Sequence record: MN871453.1
Length of the DNA: 64,000 nt
Strand: one strand, 5' to 3'
The number at the start of each line of letters is the position of its first letter. The first letter of the stretch is position 1. The notes beneath the pieces are model-generated. The model was given only the letters and a program-made list of their open reading frames with translations. It was not told the origin of the DNA and made no database searches. The position numbers were made by a program, and so were the translations under genes. Shown here piece by piece: positions 9,284-19,204 of this stretch.

Positions 9284-9634
9284 ATGGCAGAACCTTTAAT
9301 AACGAAATTGAGGAACCCAGGACAACCTCAATACTACACGGAAAGTTGGTTGAATTGTGTTGAAGATCATTTACTGTTCCTTCAAGACCCAGGGAACGGC
9401 GAAACTTACCGTCCCACGGGAATGGAGCGGGCACGGTATAAAGGAAGATTCTACGCTTTCCTCCGTGACGTAGCGAAGGTAACGCAACCGCAATACTTTT
9501 ACCCTTATCTTCGTGCTAACAACATGACATCACCTGATCAATTCGGGGAAAAGTTTGATTTGCTCATCTTCCCTTCAATTAATAAAATCGAGCAGATATA
9601 CACGCGGTATACGTCGTCTCTGCCGACGAATTAA
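9284..9634 (+). CDS. conserved-type hypothetical protein, possibly virion (late strand)
   Basis: 116-aa ORF with SD GGAG, opposite strand within the nvRNAP block. Confidence 0.6.
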   Translation: MAEPLITKLRNPGQPQYYTESWLNCVEDHLLFLQDPGNGETYRPTGMERARYKGRFYAFLRDVAKVTQPQYFYPYLRANNMTSPDQFGEKFDLLIFPSINKIEQIYTRYTSSLPTN

Positions 9635-9677
9635 AAGGTTTTCTATATCATTAGACCCAGCCGTTGAAAATGAGAAA

Positions 9678-9718
9678 ACAAAAAATAAAGAGAAGAGGCG
9701 AAAACCTCTTCTCGTTTA
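9678..9718. terminator. bidirectional terminator between convergent genes
   Basis: GAGAAGAGG/CCTCTTCTC stem flanked by A- and T-tracts. Confidence 0.7.
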
Positions 9719-9725
9719 TAACGAA

Positions 9726-9956
9726 TTAATTGGGTTCGAAAACATCGGGCGAGTAGCTAAGAAAGTTGTCTACAGCACCGACCGGTATTTCCAGAAACGC
9801 AGCAATTTCTTCGTTGAGATAGCCCCGCTCAGCCGCCGATACCACCAAACGATGCAGGTGATTATCGATCGTTGTCCGGTAGAGATTAACTTGTGCCTCG
9901 ACGTCGTCGAGGATAAGTTTCATCTGCGAATCTTCTTTTGATTGACGCATTTTCAT
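9726..9956 (-). CDS. hypothetical protein
   Basis: 76-aa ORF with SD AAGGAG. Confidence 0.6.
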   Translation of the reverse strand: MKMRQSKEDSQMKLILDDVEAQVNLYRTTIDNHLHRLVVSAAERGYLNEEIAAFLEIPVGAVDNFLSYSPDVFEPN

Positions 9957-10010
9957 CTCCTTAAAAGAACAGATTGAGAGAGGGCAAATGCCCTCTCTCG
10001 GTTTTATGTC

Positions 10011-11264
10011 TTAACGACGGAAACGGTTGCGAGAACCAAACGCGCTTCGTTCTCCGAATCCGCTTCCGCGACGGTCGTAGTCACGATCATCGTAACGGTC
10101 GAGTAAGGAACGAGGACGTGAACCACGACGGTCATCATCGTAGTCACGATCGTCCCGGTCGTCATGAGAAACACGACGCAGTAAACCACCGCCCCGGCGA
10201 TCATCATCGTAACGACGATCGTTACGACTTCCGCCGATTAAACTCCGCGGTTCATCACGACGCTCATCCGTTGAACGAAGTACTTGCCGGCGACCAGAGG
10301 AAACTTCACGACGTTGTTCGCGTTCTTCACGAATACGTTCGCGGTTTTCCGCTTTAGCCTTAGGCTTCGCCAGCTCGTCTTCGTTCGCTTCGCCTTCGTT
10401 ACCTTCCAGCGGCGGAATGTCATTACGATACTCCGTCAGCTCCGCCATGTTCTTAACCCAGTTCGTTCCGATCAACAGACCTTTCATTTCTTCAAAGTCT
10501 TCCTGGAATACTTTCGTGACCTTATTCAGATCAAAGGCCAGGTTTGCAAACGCCATCATCAGCGAATGGAAATTCGGCGCGACCGATGAACGACTACCGT
10601 AGCTATATTCGTCGATCGATTTATCGAAGTTAGGGAAGATGTGACGGAGCAGGTTAAACAGCGCTGCACGGTCACGAACGCGGAAGGTGACATCGAAGAT
10701 TTTCTTATCTTCGTTATTCTCCTGGTCCGCAATCGGGAAGGTGGTTACCGCCACGCGAGAATACTCTTCGCCTTTCCATACGCCGCCACGTTTGATGAAG
10801 ATGTTGATAAACGCGTTATCGCCTTTAAAGGTCAACTTCGACATCATCAATTTACGGGTATCTTCAACCGTACGTTTATCGGCTTCCGGTAAGAGGCGAA
10901 GATAGTCGCGTTGCTCCGGCGTCAGTTTTGCATGGCGATCTGTGTCCGCGGCCAGTTCGGTCAGGAAACAGATCATCGTTGCCCCAACCTGATAGAGTCG
11001 GTTACAAACACAGAGCGTCAACCGTTCCAGTACTTCGGACTTTTTCCGTTGGGTGTTTTCGGATAGCGGGTGGAACGGGATAGTATTTTCCCAATCCGGA
11101 TTTTTCAGCCATTCGTCGGTCGGAATAACCAACTGACGTTTGTTCATGGTGAAAGGTGCTCTGACGTCCAATGCTTCGAAATAGACGCCGCCCTTCTCAT
11201 CCACCTCAAAACCTAACGCGGTAAGAATCTCGCGATAGATCGTAGTCAACTTTTTCTTGTTCAT
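10011..11264 (-). CDS. conserved nucleus-block protein (phiKZ gp70-like) with R/D/G-rich disordered tail
   Basis: 417 aa; synteny between PicA-like and beta genes; last ~110 aa low complexity (RRYDDDRRGGG...). Confidence 0.65.
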   Translation of the reverse strand: MNKKKLTTIYREILTALGFEVDEKGGVYFEALDVRAPFTMNKRQLVIPTDEWLKNPDWENTIPFHPLSENTQRKKSEVLERLTLCVCNRLYQVGATMICFLTELAADTDRHAKLTPEQRDYLRLLPEADKRTVEDTRKLMMSKLTFKGDNAFINIFIKRGGVWKGEEYSRVAVTTFPIADQENNEDKKIFDVTFRVRDRAALFNLLRHIFPNFDKSIDEYSYGSRSSVAPNFHSLMMAFANLAFDLNKVTKVFQEDFEEMKGLLIGTNWVKNMAELTEYRNDIPPLEGNEGEANEDELAKPKAKAENRERIREEREQRREVSSGRRQVLRSTDERRDEPRSLIGGSRNDRRYDDDRRGGGLLRRVSHDDRDDRDYDDDRRGSRPRSLLDRYDDRDYDRRGSGFGERSAFGSRNRFRR

Positions 11265-11292
11265 TTCTTTTCCTCAAAGAGAATCTTATCGT

Positions 11293-12816
11293 TTAAAAAC
11301 GGCCGTTCCCGCCCCAACTGAAACCAGTCAACGCGTCATCGATACGGTTTTCTTCCATGGAGAATTGACTGTCTGCCAATTCGGTGATCGTACTTTGCAA
11401 GTCAGTGACGATCTTAGATGCCAGATCGTAGTCATCGGTTTTCTGCGGTGAGATAAGGCCATCGCAATACATCGGAATAACGTAAAGCTCTTCCGGTTGG
11501 CCGTCTAACGACAGATTGATTTTAATGTCCGTGATCGCAGAGCAGTCGATCGTACAGGTAACGATCATCTGACCATTATGAGAAATGGGATTCGCTACTT
11601 GATACTCAATCAACTGGCGAACCGCGTTCACCGCGCCCGAGACGTTCGAACCCGGAATCAACGGACGTTCACCCCAGACCTCAACCTGCATTTCTCCGAT
11701 ATCGTTATCATTACTGAAAGCGATCATGGCATCAGAGATGTGGTTGGTCATCAGGATAGAAGGTACGGCTTGAGAGATGATACGAACGGCTACCGCATCA
11801 ACACCTGCACCGCCGAGGTTGTTCCCACGTCCACGTTCGTAGCTTTTATAACCACGCTCTTCGACCTGTTTCGGATTGATAAACTGCGTGACGGGCTGAC
11901 CACGATAAGTCTCTGGCCAATCTACCATCCGCGCTAAGTCTTCGAGGCGAATGACGCCTTCTTGATAGAAGTCGCATTCTTGCAGGAACTGTGCAAAGAG
12001 TGGGTTATCTTCTGTTTTGCTCAGGTTAACTGCTCCTGCCGCCAGTTCCGATTTTGACATCTCTTCCCCTGCTAACGCAGAGTCGGGGTTCCAGCTCGGC
12101 TGCTCCATTGTCTCCGCCAGTACACCCGCCTTCAACACCGTCGAGATGTAGTCCGCCGCATTATTCTCACGACGAGAACCCATCTTGATATCGCCCACCA
12201 GATCAGCACGGGTATCAATAATCTGATCGCCGCCGGAATGGTAACGCTGATAATCCTGGATACCTACGTCATTGAAGATATCGTGCGGACGAATTAAACG
12301 CTCGCCACGGTCACGGCGAAGACCACGCTGGCCTTCGTTACGACCCCGACCACGGATAACGTACTCAGAGGATTCAATTCGTGGACGCAGAATACGGCCA
12401 CGGCCCGTATCGAGAACGGTGTCACGGATGATGATGGAGTTATTGATGAAGAGATCCATTTGGTCATCCAGTTCACCGCTGACCATACTGACGCCGTTAT
12501 AATCGGTGAACCCGGTCAGTACCTGACGTTGGGTAGATCCCGCATAGTCAGAGATCAGGAACGTGATAATGAAACTCAAACGTTTCTCACCCCAACCCCC
12601 GGGGATATCAATAATTGAACCGCGCTTTGCAGTCATGCTGATCGCATCGTTAACAGCTGCTGATAACGAAATCGAGTTGATGTTTCTGCCGCGATCGGTT
12701 GCTTTGACAAGACGGTCTTTCACGCCATTGTCGAAATGAGTCGTGAATGAGCTACCGTATTGGTCATCGTAATTAGAAGTAGTGAAGAAGAATGCACTAA
12801 TTACAGTCGGTTTCAT
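11293..12816 (-). CDS. picA: putative phage-nucleus protein import factor (PicA/Imp1, phiKZ gp69-like)
   Basis: 507 aa, immediately downstream of the gp68-like gene; assignment by synteny and size only. Confidence 0.55.
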   Translation of the reverse strand: MKPTVISAFFFTTSNYDDQYGSSFTTHFDNGVKDRLVKATDRGRNINSISLSAAVNDAISMTAKRGSIIDIPGGWGEKRLSFIITFLISDYAGSTQRQVLTGFTDYNGVSMVSGELDDQMDLFINNSIIIRDTVLDTGRGRILRPRIESSEYVIRGRGRNEGQRGLRRDRGERLIRPHDIFNDVGIQDYQRYHSGGDQIIDTRADLVGDIKMGSRRENNAADYISTVLKAGVLAETMEQPSWNPDSALAGEEMSKSELAAGAVNLSKTEDNPLFAQFLQECDFYQEGVIRLEDLARMVDWPETYRGQPVTQFINPKQVEERGYKSYERGRGNNLGGAGVDAVAVRIISQAVPSILMTNHISDAMIAFSNDNDIGEMQVEVWGERPLIPGSNVSGAVNAVRQLIEYQVANPISHNGQMIVTCTIDCSAITDIKINLSLDGQPEELYVIPMYCDGLISPQKTDDYDLASKIVTDLQSTITELADSQFSMEENRIDDALTGFSWGGNGRF

Positions 12817-12844
12817 TTACAGGTTCCTTTTCGGTAGTTTGGTA

Positions 12845-14386
12845 TTAAGGTTTAGCAATGGTAGAACGCGTCTTAATGAAGATAATGAACTCAGCCAGTA
12901 ACTGTTTAAAGTTAGGCGGTACCATTAATCCGCGATGATTATCTTCAATCATCGTACTTTCGTTTGCAATCTCGGCAACGACGTCGCGTTGCCAATAGTT
13001 GTTCGCAAATTCATTATAGAAGGCGTTAACGGCGATTTCGCCAGGAGTTTTTAGCATGGCTTTAGAGCGGGCAGACCCTAAAGTTGAATAGCGTCGATAT
13101 GGATAAATTTCATTGAAGACATTCAGTTGCTCCTCTTTGATTTGTCCTGCATTGAAGATGTTTTGGATTCTTTCTTTCTGCGTGGCACCAATCAAGTCCG
13201 CCAACGCCGCGAACCCGTTTTGATAAAGATAGACCTGCGCAATAGAGATCAGATCAATCGCTCCGCTGCGCTCCGTATGCGGAATAGAACGCGTAACAAC
13301 CTGTTGATGTAACGTCACCGCTACCAACTTCAGTTGCGCTTCGTTCGGGTTGAAAAACTTCCTGGACTTATTACGCGCAATCACCGAGAAAAGTAACGCT
13401 TGGTCGTAGTCATCACCGAGAATACGACTGGCTTTCGCCCGCAGTTCTTTCGCCCAATAATCAAACGCGATACGTTCGCCGTCAGAAATACTTTCCCTGA
13501 CTTTATAACTTTCCGCCGTAGATAGGTTATCTTCTTCCCCGCCTGAGTCTTTGACCATGGTCTTTGGCCTGACGTCATCCTTGCCGCTCCGTCCGCCGTC
13601 ACTTGGAAGCTGCGTTTTGATCGCGCTCCACATCTTACTGATCAGGTTAACGGTTTCGACTTGATCATCGTCATCATCATGACTCAACTGAATCACTGAC
13701 AACCGACTCACCACGAGATACGCCAACATCCATTCGGGAATATCCGCTGAACCGATCCCAAAGATGATATTTTTCATCCCTGGTGTCGTCCCCGAAACCA
13801 CCGCATCTACGAACTCACGGAAACGTTCCATCGCCTGTGATTCATAGATTTCAGTTCGACGTAAAAGCTGTTGCGCGTAGATCTCTTTGTTGGATTCTGC
13901 CATTGCGGATTCCAACGCCAAGAACTCACTCCAGATCGGCACCATTGCTTTCAGAGCAATCGACATCACGGTCAGTTGACGATAATCCGGTTCCAGATAC
14001 GTTTGCTCTGGACGATCATCTTCCAGCAAAGACGTTTTCAAATCTGGTGGTAAACGGATATCGCTGTAGTGGCGCATCCAGTGATCGATCAAGGCTAACG
14101 GCAAGAACTGATAAAGTTCAATGATGTCCTCGTTGACCAATTTACTCGTGGTATTGAATTCGTACGCATTGTCAAGTTTATCACGAATGTTACGATAAAC
14201 TAAGAAGACCTTTTCCTGAATGTCTTCTTCGAGATAAGAGAAGAATCGATTAATGTCACGAAAGGTTGTTTCGTTCCAGGTCAATTTCTTCATCTCCCAA
14301 AAGAGCGTGTCGTATTCCCCGTGACTCATGCAGAGTACACGCGTTTTTGCTCGACCACCTAAACTTTCATCAAAATAAAATTGCAT
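12845..14386 (-). CDS. putative nvRNAP promoter-specificity subunit (phiKZ gp68-like)
   Basis: 513 aa, largely helical, between ChmC-like and PicA-like genes, own promoter motif at 14411; synteny and size only. Confidence 0.6.
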   Translation of the reverse strand: MQFYFDESLGGRAKTRVLCMSHGEYDTLFWEMKKLTWNETTFRDINRFFSYLEEDIQEKVFLVYRNIRDKLDNAYEFNTTSKLVNEDIIELYQFLPLALIDHWMRHYSDIRLPPDLKTSLLEDDRPEQTYLEPDYRQLTVMSIALKAMVPIWSEFLALESAMAESNKEIYAQQLLRRTEIYESQAMERFREFVDAVVSGTTPGMKNIIFGIGSADIPEWMLAYLVVSRLSVIQLSHDDDDDQVETVNLISKMWSAIKTQLPSDGGRSGKDDVRPKTMVKDSGGEEDNLSTAESYKVRESISDGERIAFDYWAKELRAKASRILGDDYDQALLFSVIARNKSRKFFNPNEAQLKLVAVTLHQQVVTRSIPHTERSGAIDLISIAQVYLYQNGFAALADLIGATQKERIQNIFNAGQIKEEQLNVFNEIYPYRRYSTLGSARSKAMLKTPGEIAVNAFYNEFANNYWQRDVVAEIANESTMIEDNHRGLMVPPNFKQLLAEFIIFIKTRSTIAKP

Positions 14387-14410
14387 GGTTTTTCCTCGGG
14401 TTTACGGCTA

Positions 14411-14426
14411 TCAATAGAGTAATATA
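14411..14426 (-). promoter_or_regulatory. phage promoter TATATTACTCTATTGA
   Basis: Copy of the recurrent motif 25 nt upstream of the gp68-like start. Confidence 0.7.
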
Positions 14427-14480
14427 TGCACGAAAACAAATGGAACCGAGCGAGTCTCACGACTCGCTCGGGTATTCCTG

Positions 14481-15317
14481 TTACCAAGGAACGTCGTTAT
14501 CAAAGGTGCCTTGCGGCGCCGCAGGTGCAGCAGGTTGAGAGGACGCTTGGTTGCCGCCACCCCAACTATTACCGCCGTTACCGCCACCGGAATTGTTGTT
14601 CCAGTTACCGCCGCCGTTACCGCCTTGACGTTTAGCAAAGTTCTGTTGGTTCTGCTGACGGTTACGGTCTTTCGCTTCTTGAACTTCTTGGTCAGACATA
14701 TAACCCGCTTTCAGAATGGTGTTAACGTGATCCCACCAGATGTCTGCACGAGCACGGGCCGCCAGAGAGGAAACATAACCGTTAGTCAGGACTTCACCGG
14801 AAGAAAGACGCAGCTGCGTCATCTTCGGCGGAGTGAAGTAGAACTTCACGTTATCGCGCCCTTTCATCATCAGACCAATGAAAACGCCTTCCTGGTCTTT
14901 ACCTACAACAACCATGACTTCGGTTTCAGGGCGATCGAGCTTTTTGCCGAACATGAAAGTTGTCATACTTTCAAGTTTAACGATCGAAACCGGCTGTCCG
15001 TTCTCATCCAGTGCGCGACCCGAAGCAACGTCTTCGATCGCCATCGTGATCATTCTGAACTGCGTCAACGAAGGGTAGAAATCGATTTTCCCGTCACGAC
15101 CTTGTTTACGCAGGTTCACGCCCATTTTGATATCACGGACTTTAACGTGATTGCCGTCAACTTTGTGATAACGGAAATCGACGAACAGAAACGGTTCTTT
15201 ACCGTCACTGCTTTGTGTTGCGGGCGCGCTCAAACGGCAGTCCCAAGCATCCATCGCGCGAAGAGGACGTCCGAGATCAAATGTATTGTTGTTAGCCATA
15301 ACTAGCCTTAATTTCAC
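14481..15317 (-). CDS. chmC: putative nucleus-associated nucleic-acid-binding protein (ChmC, phiKZ gp67-like)
   Basis: Folded N-domain plus G/N-rich disordered tail; directly upstream of gp68-like gene; likely true start 15299 (MANNNTFD). Confidence 0.6.
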   Translation of the reverse strand: MKLRLVMANNNTFDLGRPLRAMDAWDCRLSAPATQSSDGKEPFLFVDFRYHKVDGNHVKVRDIKMGVNLRKQGRDGKIDFYPSLTQFRMITMAIEDVASGRALDENGQPVSIVKLESMTTFMFGKKLDRPETEVMVVVGKDQEGVFIGLMMKGRDNVKFYFTPPKMTQLRLSSGEVLTNGYVSSLAARARADIWWDHVNTILKAGYMSDQEVQEAKDRNRQQNQQNFAKRQGGNGGGNWNNNSGGGNGGNSWGGGNQASSQPAAPAAPQGTFDNDVPW

Positions 15318-15369
15318 GGTTAAGAAAAGGGTATCGTATTAACTCACCCTCGCGTAAAAACTGAGACTC

Positions 15370-16215
15370 TTAGAAAAGTCTTTTTAGCATCTCAGCAGTG
15401 TAGCGGTCGTTCATCCAGTTCAGGTTGAGCCTTATTTTGTCCATCGTTGTCATCGTTGTCCATTTGAAACGTTCTGACAATTCAAGAACAGCCTCCCTCA
15501 CCGGTTTGGGGTAACGCATAAAAAGAATATTTCGGTCACCGAAGACCTGAATCGTGAACGCGTTAAACGGAATCCTCGGGTAGAGCTTTCCATCCGTCAA
15601 TTTGGTGTTCCACTGACTCTTCGATTTGATCGCACCTGAATACGATTCAATCAAACGTAATTGCGTAAACTCAGTACGGGAAAGTAAGTCAATGGAGTAA
15701 TGAGTCATAATCAGAGCTTTGATAGGTTCCCCTTTTAACTGAGAGCCTTTATCAAAGTCGACATAGCGTCCGATGGGTCGACGTAAAACCTCATCGATAA
15801 CATTGTCCATTAAATGACGAAACGTTTTCTGAAGCGGAGTCTTCGGGTTAAACAAAATCGCGTGACGATAATCCCGTAGCAAGTTGGCGTATTCACGGTG
15901 ATATAAGGTAACTTTGTCAAGTTTCCCTTGCCCGTACTGAAGAATTTGATGGAGCTCTTCTTCGAGGGTATCGGCAAATGCTGCGACCACCACCTGATTA
16001 TTACGCTGGCTTTTATCCTGCATCAGAGACCCTACAAGCGCTTTTCTGTCTTCACCGTCTAACGCATCGTAGATGTTACGATAAAGCGTCCGTGTGTTGA
16101 TCCAGAGCCCTCCGTAACGTTTGTTTGGTTCAAGGGTCTCCATAGCCAAACTGGTACCGATACTGAGCGGTAGTTCCCCTACCGCTCTTCTCGCAAGGAT
16201 GTCGTAGATATTCAT
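15370..16215 (-). CDS. conserved hypothetical protein of the nvRNAP block
   Basis: 281-aa ORF, ATGA overlap with upstream gene. Confidence 0.65.
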   Translation of the reverse strand: MNIYDILARRAVGELPLSIGTSLAMETLEPNKRYGGLWINTRTLYRNIYDALDGEDRKALVGSLMQDKSQRNNQVVVAAFADTLEEELHQILQYGQGKLDKVTLYHREYANLLRDYRHAILFNPKTPLQKTFRHLMDNVIDEVLRRPIGRYVDFDKGSQLKGEPIKALIMTHYSIDLLSRTEFTQLRLIESYSGAIKSKSQWNTKLTDGKLYPRIPFNAFTIQVFGDRNILFMRYPKPVREAVLELSERFKWTTMTTMDKIRLNLNWMNDRYTAEMLKRLF

Positions 16216-16448
16216 TCTGCTCCTTGGTCGACGTTCTTACTTTTGGTCACCGAGCTTAAAATCGCATAGATGACCCGGGCCAAAATCAATGCGAACAACG
16301 CTAATGTCGCATGAGCAGCAACATTGTAGTCGTTAGCGTGAAAGAGACTGGCGAAAGAGGACATAAACCAAAATAAAAACCAAAATCCTGATGCCGCAAT
16401 AATCTCCAGAATAATGTTCGTCGCCGGCTTATCCATCTTATTCCTCAA
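16212..16448 (-). CDS. small two-TM membrane protein
   Basis: 78 aa, two hydrophobic segments, overlaps both neighbours. Confidence 0.6.
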   Translation of the reverse strand: MRNKMDKPATNIILEIIAASGFWFLFWFMSSFASLFHANDYNVAAHATLALFALILARVIYAILSSVTKSKNVDQGAE

Positions 16449-17559
16449 TTAATTCATTCAATAACGAAAGAGTCTTTTCAATTTTACTTGCCGGGATTTG
16501 TTCGTTCTCCCAGCGCTGTTTGAACAGAGGCTGAATACTTGACGGTGTGATAGGGGTAAACTCAAAACGTTTCTGAGTGAACGTGCTCCCCGCCACCGTT
16601 TGGGTTTTCTTCCCTCTTCTGATCTCACTGAGTTCATAATCAGGGAAAGTAGATTTAAGAATTTCCATCCACGCCGCCACTGGGTCATCGGACATAAACT
16701 CTAACCTTATCGCCGAGCCTTTCGGGAGATCACTCTGCCTGTCGATGAGATCGATAATTTCCGGGAAATCTAAACCGATAGCAGAAAGCGTACGGTATAT
16801 TTTCGCCTGCTGATTAATCCGGCGTTTAAAGTCGACCTCTTTCCCGTTTAAGAACGTCAGTTCGATCACACCTTTAGGTTCTTCTTCCCCATGACCAAGT
16901 CGCTCCAATGAACCCACAGAGACCCATTTCAGATACCGACTGTGGTTATGGATATGCCCAGAGAGAACGACCAGGGAGACAAGATCACTCCATTTCACGG
17001 CATCGTGTAACGCAGGGGAATGAATCCCAGGTAACTGATAAGTACAGCCCCCATGAACAATAGCGATATCGACTTTTTCCAGCCCGCGAGAATGAATCAA
17101 ATCCTTAACCTGCTGGAGCGTTAGTTCCGCGTTATGAGTCCATTCATCGGGAAGGTAAAGTACGTTGATATCCCACGCCTCAAAATATTCGATACTCAAC
17201 GTATCAACGTATTTCAGTTGCGCGTCAATCCCCTCGCCGTCGTTGATAAAATCGAAAATCTGATTCTGTCGACGGTCATGAGAGTTGGTCCCTTCTAATA
17301 CACGGAGTAAAATGTTCCATTTTTTACAATAGCGCAAGAGGTGACGAACACCTTCAATTGCGTAGTAGATATCGGGTTCATTGAAACTGACCAAATGATC
17401 GAAGTAATCCCCTGACACCGTGAGGATGTCTAAATCGGGCTTTTCTTCCATCGGGTAAAGTCGCCTTAACCCCGCAAGCATTCGCGGGGATTTGGTTCGC
17501 TTATGGAAGAAGTGAATATCGCTGACAGCACCTATTGTGAGTTTTTTGTCAGAAATCAT
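16438..17559 (-). CDS. SbcD/Mre11-like metallophosphoesterase nuclease
   Basis: SDIH, SGDYFD, GTNSHD, HGG, SGHIH: all five calcineurin-like motifs. Confidence 0.85.
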   Translation of the reverse strand: MISDKKLTIGAVSDIHFFHKRTKSPRMLAGLRRLYPMEEKPDLDILTVSGDYFDHLVSFNEPDIYYAIEGVRHLLRYCKKWNILLRVLEGTNSHDRRQNQIFDFINDGEGIDAQLKYVDTLSIEYFEAWDINVLYLPDEWTHNAELTLQQVKDLIHSRGLEKVDIAIVHGGCTYQLPGIHSPALHDAVKWSDLVSLVVLSGHIHNHSRYLKWVSVGSLERLGHGEEEPKGVIELTFLNGKEVDFKRRINQQAKIYRTLSAIGLDFPEIIDLIDRQSDLPKGSAIRLEFMSDDPVAAWMEILKSTFPDYELSEIRRGKKTQTVAGSTFTQKRFEFTPITPSSIQPLFKQRWENEQIPASKIEKTLSLLNELIEE

Positions 17560-18106
17560 AATCGTCCGGTTGACTCAGTGAAGAGGGAGTTACAGGAGCA
17601 GCGTTCCCTTTACCTGTCGTTATTGTCGTTTGGCCAGGATAAGGGTAACCACAGTGCATCCTGATTTCGTGGAGGTGACGTTGCCACATTTCTTTATCGG
17701 CTGTTTCAAGCGCGAGTGAGGAGTAGATTTTCTCGCTCATGGCTTCGCCCTGTTTACGCATCCGATTCATAACCGTTTTTATCTCCATCCCGATGGAAAA
17801 TAACGAATTATGTTCGCCGGTGTAACGAGGTTGGAAATCGCCGAGAATAGGCGGGAAAACCCATTTAATCGTTCTATCCTCATCGAAGAGGAAAACCGGT
17901 TTATTCCGCCCAAACGCAATCAGGCGTTCCCACTCCTCTAAAGCTTGTGTTTGGACAGCGGGTTCGGTATTAAAGAAACGTGGTGCCCAATTGGCTGCAA
18001 AATCCCGCATACTGAGCTTACTGATCATCTCTGCGGAATATTGCATAACGTCGCTCAGATCCCGTTCCAGGTCTTCTCGTGTTAGCTTAGGCGTTGCATC
18101 AGTCAT
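17549..18106 (-). CDS. conserved hypothetical protein
   Basis: 185-aa ORF overlapping neighbours in operon. Confidence 0.65.
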   Translation of the reverse strand: MTDATPKLTREDLERDLSDVMQYSAEMISKLSMRDFAANWAPRFFNTEPAVQTQALEEWERLIAFGRNKPVFLFDEDRTIKWVFPPILGDFQPRYTGEHNSLFSIGMEIKTVMNRMRKQGEAMSEKIYSSLALETADKEMWQRHLHEIRMHCGYPYPGQTTITTGKGNAAPVTPSSLSQPDDYDF

Positions 18107-18497
18107 TGTTTAAAACCCCCAAAACATTTTTAATCACACCGTTGTAATACTCAATAATTCGTGAGAAGTCGTAACTCTTCCCTTCTCGCGTAAAACGCAC
18201 TTTGAAGATTACACCGAAGGTATCTTTTGTCTCGTCGATTTCAGGCGTAACCAGGACTTTTACGTCGGAAAAATGCGTACTGAATAAAGTAGTGTATTGT
18301 TCCGTCATTTCCGTACAAAGGCTATTTGGGTCATCCGAGTACCTTTGTATCATCATGTCAAGGGAAATGATTTGACCGTGATACAGTTCAGACTGACTGT
18401 CCTTTGCCCAAATAGAGGAAGCGAATAATTCATCGGCAATCACAAAAGGATTTTTCGTATAACCGTGACCGTTTAAACTGGGGTGTACAGTGGCCAT
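18099..18497 (-). CDS. conserved hypothetical protein
   Basis: 132-aa ORF, SD AGGAG. Confidence 0.65.
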   Translation of the reverse strand: MATVHPSLNGHGYTKNPFVIADELFASSIWAKDSQSELYHGQIISLDMMIQRYSDDPNSLCTEMTEQYTTLFSTHFSDVKVLVTPEIDETKDTFGVIFKVRFTREGKSYDFSRIIEYYNGVIKNVLGVLNND

Positions 18498-18548
18498 TTT
18501 TTACTCCTAGTTATTAAGTTTGGTCTACAGAAATACAGAACAGAAACA

Positions 18549-18580
18549 AAAAAGAAAGGGGCGAACCCCTTTCTTTTATT
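18549..18580 (-). terminator. intrinsic terminator (UUCG loop); core identical to 38942-38967
   Basis: AAAGAAAGGGG-CGAA-CCCCTTTCTTT with A-tract on + strand. Confidence 0.8.
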
Positions 18581-18583
18581 ATT

Positions 18584-19204
18584 TTACAGTTTCTCACCTA
18601 ACGGACTGAAGGGGTCAATGCCTTCATCAATCGCGTTATTGATCACGTCAAAGGTCGCACAAAGCTCCATCTGCTGTTCCAACGTCAGATGTTCTTCGCC
18701 CTCAACATCACAAGCGCCATAGGTGTATTCCACCCACCACTCCCCTTTACTGTTTTTCTCTGCGACTCCATTGCGAATCGCTTTCCAGTAAGGGTCGTTT
18801 TCCGGCGTAGTCTCAAACACAAAGGCGTCGCGTTTAGAACCCCAGCCGTGCGTACTCTGGCGATCCCAAAGTGAACGGGTTCTCGGACTACTGAGTAACC
18901 AACGTCGCATCTTCAGCGGTGCACTGGCCACTTCCTCAGGACTGTCCAAGAACTGAATGATGTTATCACGATAGAGACCGCGTTTACTGCTGTTCAAACG
19001 CTTGAGCTGACTTCTGACTGTGTCATCATAAAGCGATGAAATCATTGTCTTCGCCGAGTTAAGCATTCCTTTCGCCCGGTCAGACAGATTGGAACTAAAA
19101 CGCTCCAGTCTATCGTAAGAGCGCTGAATGTCCTCACGATCGGGAAGACCGAAGGCCGCTGCCCTAAAAACAGACTCACCGCCATCGATAATTGCAATTT
19201 TCAA
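18584..19204 (-). CDS. conserved hypothetical protein downstream of beta-prime N
   Basis: 206 aa, 4-nt overlap with RNAP gene. Confidence 0.65.
   Translation of the reverse strand: MKIAIIDGGESVFRAAAFGLPDREDIQRSYDRLERFSSNLSDRAKGMLNSAKTMISSLYDDTVRSQLKRLNSSKRGLYRDNIIQFLDSPEEVASAPLKMRRWLLSSPRTRSLWDRQSTHGWGSKRDAFVFETTPENDPYWKAIRNGVAEKNSKGEWWVEYTYGACDVEGEEHLTLEQQMELCATFDVINNAIDEGIDPFSPLGEKL

Noticed and set aside
10011-10260. Short DNA repeats (CGTAGTCACGATC) resembling an array
   Set aside because: Explained by the encoded DDRD/YDD protein repeats; no constant repeat-spacer period, so not CRISPR
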